Below are positions 58,683 to 64,000 of a stretch of 64,000 nt of DNA, in pieces. A program made the translations under genes and the position numbers. A model generated the notes under the pieces. That model had not been told where the DNA came from. It was given only the letters and a program-made list of their open reading frames with translations, and did not search any database. The first letter of the stretch is position 1. Each line of letters opens with the position of its first letter. This DNA is from an uncultured Eudoraea sp. (lineage in GTDB: Bacteria > Bacteroidota > Bacteroidia > Flavobacteriales > Flavobacteriaceae), in contig CBDUGN010000001.1 in assembly GCA_965366915.1 (NCBI GenBank), positions 10,466 through 74,465 on the forward strand. Direction: 5' to 3'.

Positions 58683-59681
58683 TTATAATTTGTGTTGTAC
58701 AAAGGGATAGTCTTCTTGCTCATAAACCATATCGTAAAGCTGTTCCACCGGAGGATATTCAGACTCTTCTGCAAATTTTTCACATTCCTTTACGAGATTT
58801 TTCACCTGGTCATTAATGGCTTTAATTTCCTCTTCAGAAGCGTATTTTTTCTCCTTGATAACATCAAGAACCTGACTTATAGGATCTATTTTTTTGTATT
58901 CTTCAACCTCATCTTTTGTCCTGTAATGTTGGGCGTCAGACATAGAATGACCTCTGTACCTATAGGTCTTCATTTCCAGGAAGGTTGGTCCACCACCACT
59001 TCTTGCCCTTTCAATTGCCTTGGTCATAGCTGTAGCCACCGTTAATGGATCCATTCCGTCAACAGGAGCACAAGGCATTTCATAGCCTAAACCGAGTTTC
59101 CAGATATCTGTAGTATGAGCAGTTCTTGCCACCGAAGTTCCCATGGCATAACCATTATTTTCACACACAAATACAACCGGAAGTTGCCAGAGCATAGCTA
59201 AATTAAAAGTCTCATGCAGTGAGCCTTGTCTTACAGCGCCATCACCCATGTAGCATAGCGTTACCGAATCTCTTTTAAAATACTTGTCGGCAAAAGCCAA
59301 ACCTGCACCCAGAGGAATTTGCCCACCGACAATACCGTGACCTCCATAAAACCGATGTTCTTTAGAAAAAATATGCATGGAACCACCCATTCCTTTAGAA
59401 GTGCCAGTTACTTTGCCATATAATTCCGCCATCACTTTCCGAGGATCTTCGCCCATTCCTATGGGCTGAACATGGTTCCTGTATGCTGTTATCATTCTGT
59501 CTTTCGTAAGATCCATTGCGTGCAAGGCGCCTGCTAAAACGGCTTCCTGACCATTGTATAAGTGCAAAAATCCTCGAACTTTTTGTTGAATATATACCGC
59601 AGCCAGTTTATCTTCAAACTTTCTCCAGAACAACATTTCCTCGTACCATTTTAGGTATACCTCTTTGGTGACTTTTTTCAT
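58683..59681 (-). CDS. pdhA: Pyruvate dehydrogenase E1 component, alpha subunit
   Basis: The start is taken at MKKVTKEVYLKWYEEM (ATG 59679-59681); the track ORF extends to 59762 via a non-ATG start. TPP motif YMGDGAVRQGSLHETFNLAMLWQLPVVFVCENNGYAMGT. Confidence 0.92.
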   Translation of the reverse strand: MKKVTKEVYLKWYEEMLFWRKFEDKLAAVYIQQKVRGFLHLYNGQEAVLAGALHAMDLTKDRMITAYRNHVQPIGMGEDPRKVMAELYGKVTGTSKGMGGSMHIFSKEHRFYGGHGIVGGQIPLGAGLAFADKYFKRDSVTLCYMGDGAVRQGSLHETFNLAMLWQLPVVFVCENNGYAMGTSVARTAHTTDIWKLGLGYEMPCAPVDGMDPLTVATAMTKAIERARSGGGPTFLEMKTYRYRGHSMSDAQHYRTKDEVEEYKKIDPISQVLDVIKEKKYASEEEIKAINDQVKNLVKECEKFAEESEYPPVEQLYDMVYEQEDYPFVQHKL

Positions 59682-59871
59682 CAAATAATTTTCTTTTAAG
59701 TATACTTGTTTTTTGCTGAAATATTCAGATTTGAATTGTTCAGGTATATCAAGGGAAAACAAAAATACACATTAAATCAATAGTGAAAAAAAAATGATAA
59801 AAAAGGTGTGAATCCAATGTATAAAAAGAATTTATGGGTAATTCCAATTTCTTTCGGAGAATAAATAAAGA

Positions 59872-60357
59872 TTATTTTAAGTAAGAACTTCCAAACGCCA
59901 AAGGAAGGATGTCTTTTAAGGATTCGCATTTAAATATCTTACCTGAAACACCCATCATTAATATAGAAATAGGTGTATTTTGCTTTTGTTCATATTCAGC
60001 AATGGCTTGCCTGCAATTACCGCATGGTGCTGCCGGTTTGTCTACTTTATGAGTTTTAGATGATACACTTATTGCAATTGAATCTATTGCAACATTGGGA
60101 TACTTTGCACCTGCCTGGAAAACAGCCACGCGTTCGGCGCATAAACCGGAAGGAAAGGAGGCATTTTCCTGATTGCTGCCTATCACGATTTCCCCATTAG
60201 CTAGAAGAACTGCTGCACCAACCATGAATTGGGAATATGGTGCGTAAGCATTCCCTCTGGTCTCTATGGCAATTTGCATAAGCTCTTTTTCACTTTGGGA
60301 AAGCTCATCTAAAGTGTCAAAAACCGATAAATCAAAGGAAATCCTGCGTTTTTCCAT
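59872..60357 (-). CDS. cdd: Cytidine deaminase
   Basis: Zinc ligands CAERVA and PCGNCRQ. The ATG at 60355-60357 (MEKRRISF) is preferred over the TTG at 60369. Confidence 0.9.
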   Translation of the reverse strand: MEKRRISFDLSVFDTLDELSQSEKELMQIAIETRGNAYAPYSQFMVGAAVLLANGEIVIGSNQENASFPSGLCAERVAVFQAGAKYPNVAIDSIAISVSSKTHKVDKPAAPCGNCRQAIAEYEQKQNTPISILMMGVSGKIFKCESLKDILPLAFGSSYLK

Positions 60358-60444
60358 AGTTTGCTGCAAATATCCGGGGTAACCGGAGTTAAAATTAAAT
60401 GTACTTTATTTTAGATAGCTGTGCAAAACTGCTTCATACCTAAA

Positions 60445-60475
60445 CAAAAAAACCTGTCCGGAGACAGGTTTTTTA
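60445..60475 (-). terminator. Rho-independent terminator downstream of porV (hairpin flanked by A/T runs on both sides)
   Basis: ACCTGTC (60452-60458) pairs with GACAGGT (60463-60469) around loop CGGA. The minus strand reads AAAAAACCTGTCTCCGGACAGGTTTTTTTGTTT. Confidence 0.85.
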
Positions 60476-60491
60476 TATAGTTATATTTTAT

Positions 60492-61649
60492 TTAATCATT
60501 ATAATATTCCGCTCCTAAATTAAAAGTAAGTGCAAATCGCAACGTGTTTTCAAGAGGGTTCTTCACTTTTGATGTAGAGAAGAGATACGAAAGATCTATC
60601 TGAACTGATTTGAATTTAAATCCGGCTCCAAGTGTAAAGAATTGTCTTGCTCCTTTAAATTCACTTTCGTGAAAATAACCTGTTCTAAACATAAAAGCAT
60701 TTTGATACGCATATTCTGCACTTAATGCCCAGGTTACCTCCTGAAGTTCCTCACTAATCCCATCTGGTGCATCTCCGAAAGACTTAAATACGCCTTCCAA
60801 AAACCCAATCTGCTGATAAATATCGTTATCTGCTGCATCTATTACACCATCGTTATTAAAATCCTGAGGAGTTGGCACTAAGAGTTTGTTGAATTCCAAA
60901 TTTAAACCCAATACATTATCCTGATCAAAAATGAAATCAAACCCTCCGCCTATTCCAAGATTCGTGGGTAAAAAATTTGGTTGACCACCTTCCTCATATG
61001 TTATTTTGCCACCAAGGTTTGAGATATTAAAACCGGCTTTCCATCTACCATCAAAACTATTGTATGCTACTTCTCTCGAGCGAAAGTAACCTGCAATATC
61101 TACTGCAAATGAACTTGCAGATTGAGAATCCACATCACCACTTTCCGGCAATCTGAGATTTGAATTAATATATCTCCCTGCAATGGCCATAGAAAATTGA
61201 TCGCTAAGCTTCAATGCATAAGAACCATCTAAAGCCAATTCATTTGGTTTAGCTATTGTACCCGGATCACCCGCAAATTGTCTTAATTCAATTTCGCCTA
61301 AGGTAAAATAACGTAAACTGAACGCAAATGCGCTCCTGTCGTTTATCTTGTTATAAAAAGTTCCGCTTAATAATGAAACATCTGTAATAATGCTTTCCAG
61401 ATAAGGGGTATAGCCTAAACCTATTCCCATTTTTCTTTCGGCAAATGCATACTTGGCAGGATTCCACTGTTGCGAAAATGCATCAACGGAAGTAGATACA
61501 CCCATATCTCCTAAACCACCAGACCTTGCGTCTGCTGCAATAGTTAAAAAAGGAACTGCCGTAGTAATAACACGATTCTGCTCCTGGGCAGAAATCTTGA
61601 ATACAAAGGCAATTGTGGCCAGAATAACGAATTTTCTCATTTTTATCAT
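60492..61649 (-). CDS. porV: Type IX secretion system outer-membrane protein PorV (LptO)
   Basis: 385 aa. After the signal peptide comes TTAVPFLTIAADARSGGLGDMGVSTS, the conserved PorV N-terminal signature. Beta-barrel composition. Neighbours gldJ. Confidence 0.85.
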   Translation of the reverse strand: MIKMRKFVILATIAFVFKISAQEQNRVITTAVPFLTIAADARSGGLGDMGVSTSVDAFSQQWNPAKYAFAERKMGIGLGYTPYLESIITDVSLLSGTFYNKINDRSAFAFSLRYFTLGEIELRQFAGDPGTIAKPNELALDGSYALKLSDQFSMAIAGRYINSNLRLPESGDVDSQSASSFAVDIAGYFRSREVAYNSFDGRWKAGFNISNLGGKITYEEGGQPNFLPTNLGIGGGFDFIFDQDNVLGLNLEFNKLLVPTPQDFNNDGVIDAADNDIYQQIGFLEGVFKSFGDAPDGISEELQEVTWALSAEYAYQNAFMFRTGYFHESEFKGARQFFTLGAGFKFKSVQIDLSYLFSTSKVKNPLENTLRFALTFNLGAEYYND

Positions 61650-62102
61650 GTACTATTGAATTCGTCAAAAGTGGTAAATAAAACCTAATTAATATCCACT
61701 ATATTTTGACTTATTACTTGTTAAGTAACGAGCATTTCAAAAATATCTTGCATTTAGAAGTGTTTTATTTTTGAATTCAGGGTAATAATGCTGAATATCA
61801 GTACTTTATTTAGATTACAAATTAAATGTTAGTGCATTAATGTAAAGGTATGCTACAAGGATTATACGTAATAAATTAAAAGAAATGTTTCTATCCATAC
61901 TATAATATGTTTTGTGCCGTTATCAACATGGAAAAGGTCCTAATAAATTCTGCCTGTGCAAATGGGCAAAAATATTTTCGGAACTATAAAATATTATATG
62001 ATAATCATCGTTTTATAAGCCGAAAGCGACACAATTTTTTTAAATATTCTATCAAATAGCGAACAAATACTGTTTGATATTGAACTTAAGTCCTAAATAC
62101 AG

Positions 62103-63782
62103 ATGAAAAAACAGTTGATCAAAGTTGTACTTTCTTGTGCAGTGATAATGGGAGGTTTTACATTTAACAGTTGTAAAAAATCTGCCTCAGCATCATCAAA
62201 GAATGTTTCAAGAGCTACAGGCTGGAAAATAAACGCCAAAGAAGGTGGTTTTCAGTACAATTCTGACTTTAAAGAACAAGCCACAGGTCCCGGACTTGTT
62301 TTTATTGAAGGAGGTACTTTCACAAAAGGAAAGGTACAGGATGACGTGATGCATGACTGGAATAACACTCCTACCTCACAACACGTGCAATCCTTTTATA
62401 TGGATGAAACTGAAGTAACCAATGTAATGTATTTGGAATACCTCGACTATTTGAAAGCGGTTTATCCACCCGAAAATCCAAAATATACAAACATATATAA
62501 AGGTGCTCTTCCAGATACTTTGGTATGGAGAAACCGATTGGGTTATAACGAAACAATGACGAACAATTACCTGCGCCACCCTGCGTATGCAGAATATCCT
62601 GTAGTAGGTGTGAATTGGATTCAAGCGGTTCAGTTTTCAGAATGGAGAACGGATAGGGTAAATGAAGCCATGTTAGAAAAAGAAGGCTATTTGGCTCAGG
62701 ACGCAAAATACCGGGCAATGGAAGGCGAAGTAGAAGGTACTTTTAGTACTGAAGCTTATCTTAACCGTCCTGAATCTGTATATAACGGACAGATAGATTC
62801 TTTACAGGGTAAAATGAAAAAAGATTCTGTTTCTACGTTTGCCAAGAGAAGTACTGGTATTATCATGCCGGCTTACAGGCTGCCCACAGAAACTGAATGG
62901 GAATATTCTGCAGCTGCCTTGCAAGGAACAAGAGAATACAATAATTACCGTGGTAGAAAAAAATATCCATGGGAAGGTGATTATACAAGAAATGGTCAGC
63001 GTGTGGGAAGAGGTGATCAGTTAGCCAACTTTAAACAAGGTAAAGGTGATTATGGCGGAATTGCAGGTTGGTCTGATGACGGCGCAGATATCACTGCCCA
63101 GGTAAAATCATACAAGCCAAATGACCTTGGTTTATACGATATGGCCGGTAACGTTGCAGAATGGGTAGCGGATGTATACCGCCCAATTGTAGATGATGCA
63201 ATAAGTGATTTCAATTACTATAGAGGTAACATTTATATGAAAACGGCTATTGGTGAAGATGGAAAAGTCACTATTCTGCGAGATAGTATAATTTTTGACA
63301 CCATGCCTAATGGAAAAGTAATAGCGGTAAATCTCCCGGGTGAAATTAAAATGGTACCCGTTGATGAAGAGGAAACCTATTTAAGAACCAATTTCTCGGA
63401 TAGTGACAACAGAGGATATAGGGACGGTGATGCTGGATCATCCAGATTCTTTGACCGATTTGCAGGCGACGATGAAGAGGATCCGGCCCGCAAGATGTAT
63501 GATGCACCGAAGCATAGTGTGGAGCGTGATTCTACTGGTAAAATAATTCGCCAGTATGACCAAAGCAACAACAGGACTACACTTATAAATGATGAAGTCA
63601 GGATTTATAAGGGAGGATCATGGAGAGACCGGGCATATTGGTTAGATCCTGCACAGCGTAGATTCTTACCGCAATACATGGCCACAGATTATATAGGATT
63701 CAGATGTGCCATGTCCCGAGTTGGTTCTAAGTCTAAGACTAAGAATAAAACTGTAAGAGGCAAAAAAGCAAAAGCAAAATAA
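62103..63782 (+). CDS. gldJ: Gliding-motility / T9SS lipoprotein GldJ (formylglycine-generating-enzyme-like fold)
   Basis: 559 aa with lipobox FTFNSCKK. SUMF1/FGE-like segments (YPVVGVNWIQAVQFSEW, RLPTETEWEYSAA, DMAGNVAEWVAD, YKGGSWRD) and a Lys-rich tail. Followed by murF, as I recall for Flavobacterium johnsoniae. Confidence 0.85.
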   Translation: MKKQLIKVVLSCAVIMGGFTFNSCKKSASASSKNVSRATGWKINAKEGGFQYNSDFKEQATGPGLVFIEGGTFTKGKVQDDVMHDWNNTPTSQHVQSFYMDETEVTNVMYLEYLDYLKAVYPPENPKYTNIYKGALPDTLVWRNRLGYNETMTNNYLRHPAYAEYPVVGVNWIQAVQFSEWRTDRVNEAMLEKEGYLAQDAKYRAMEGEVEGTFSTEAYLNRPESVYNGQIDSLQGKMKKDSVSTFAKRSTGIIMPAYRLPTETEWEYSAAALQGTREYNNYRGRKKYPWEGDYTRNGQRVGRGDQLANFKQGKGDYGGIAGWSDDGADITAQVKSYKPNDLGLYDMAGNVAEWVADVYRPIVDDAISDFNYYRGNIYMKTAIGEDGKVTILRDSIIFDTMPNGKVIAVNLPGEIKMVPVDEEETYLRTNFSDSDNRGYRDGDAGSSRFFDRFAGDDEEDPARKMYDAPKHSVERDSTGKIIRQYDQSNNRTTLINDEVRIYKGGSWRDRAYWLDPAQRRFLPQYMATDYIGFRCAMSRVGSKSKTKNKTVRGKKAKAK

Positions 63783-63806
63783 TAAATAATTTCCTGAATA
63801 TAAATT

Positions 63807-63837
63807 AAGCCCTGATGTTAGCATCAGGGCTTTTTTA
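63807..63837 (+). terminator. Rho-independent terminator after gldJ
   Basis: GCCCTGATG (63809-63817) pairs with CATCAGGGC (63822-63830) around loop TTAG, followed by TTTTTT. Confidence 0.9.
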
Positions 63838-63850
63838 TATCTTTGTTTTT

Positions 63851-64000
63851 ATGACAATTGAGAAATTGCACCAACTTTTTTTAAAGTATCCCCAGGTTTG
63901 TACAGACACCCGTAATATTCAACCAAATTGCATATTTTTTGCTCTTAAGGGTCAGAATTTCAATGGCAACAAATTTGCGGCTGAAGCTATAAGGAATGGT
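63851..64000 (+). CDS. murF: UDP-N-acetylmuramoyl-tripeptide--D-alanyl-D-alanine ligase (N-terminal 50 codons; runs off window end)
   Basis: Hand translation from ATG 63851 gives MTIEKLHQLFLKYPQVCTDTRNIQPNCIFFALKGQNFNGNKFAAEAIRNG. This is a typical MurF N-terminus (TDTR...FFALKG..F.GN.F). Confidence 0.8.
   Translation, partial: MTIEKLHQLFLKYPQVCTDTRNIQPNCIFFALKGQNFNGNKFAAEAIRNG

Noticed and set aside
61928-62059. 43-codon ORF (MEKVLINSACANGQKYFRNYKILYDNHRFISRKRHNFFKYSIK) in the porV-gldJ spacer
   Set aside because: It is short, basic and AT-driven, with no signal peptide or motif and no way to assess conservation here. It is most likely non-coding leader or promoter DNA.
1-64000. Search for CRISPR arrays, IS elements, integrases, tRNA or rRNA genes
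   Set aside because: No regularly spaced direct repeats, no transposase or integrase-like ORFs, and no intergenic region with tRNA-like or rRNA-like sequence were recognised by eye. A tRNAscan, Infernal and repeat-finder run would be needed to be certain.

Overview
AT-rich chromosomal core segment of a Bacteroidota genome, Flavobacteriaceae-like. This placement rests on SusC/SusD, PorV, GldJ, TAnnTTTG-type promoter boxes and mostly Shine-Dalgarno-less genes. Positions 1-12962 carry the minus-strand str/S10/spc ribosomal supercluster, running rpsL-rpsG-fusA-rpsJ-rplC through rplO-secY. Next comes a SusC/SusD nutrient-uptake locus with two lipoproteins of unclear function (13.4-20.7 kb). The rest is tightly packed housekeeping: rlmB, rhomboid, rarA, radC, mpl, obgE, hpt/adk, purK-purE, dcp, an ECF sigma/anti-sigma pair, gcvP, fabH-like, a GT2, a PafA-like phosphatase, mlaEF, manC, pyruvate dehydrogenase E1alpha/E2 and cdd. 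The window ends with the type IX secretion/gliding genes porV and gldJ and the start of murF. I recognised no rRNA, tRNA, CRISPR array, transposase, integrase or classical defence system, and no convincing novel multi-gene system. The most unusual observations are listed here. (1) rplF (L6) is split across two reading frames and about 55-60 nt appear to be missing. (2) hpt and adk form one continuous 372-codon frame. (3) The SusCD locus has no glycoside hydrolase or regulator, but has a YGDGWDG-motif lipoprotein and an arylsulfotransferase-like beta-propeller lipoprotein. (4) A minimal 75-aa, TM-less zinc-type anti-sigma factor with its ECF sigma lies divergent from a rhodanese lipoprotein. 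(5) An uncharacterised lipoprotein / beta-barrel / secreted-protein operon. Product calls come from reading the supplied translations for family motifs. No database search was possible, so DUF or family names are recollections.
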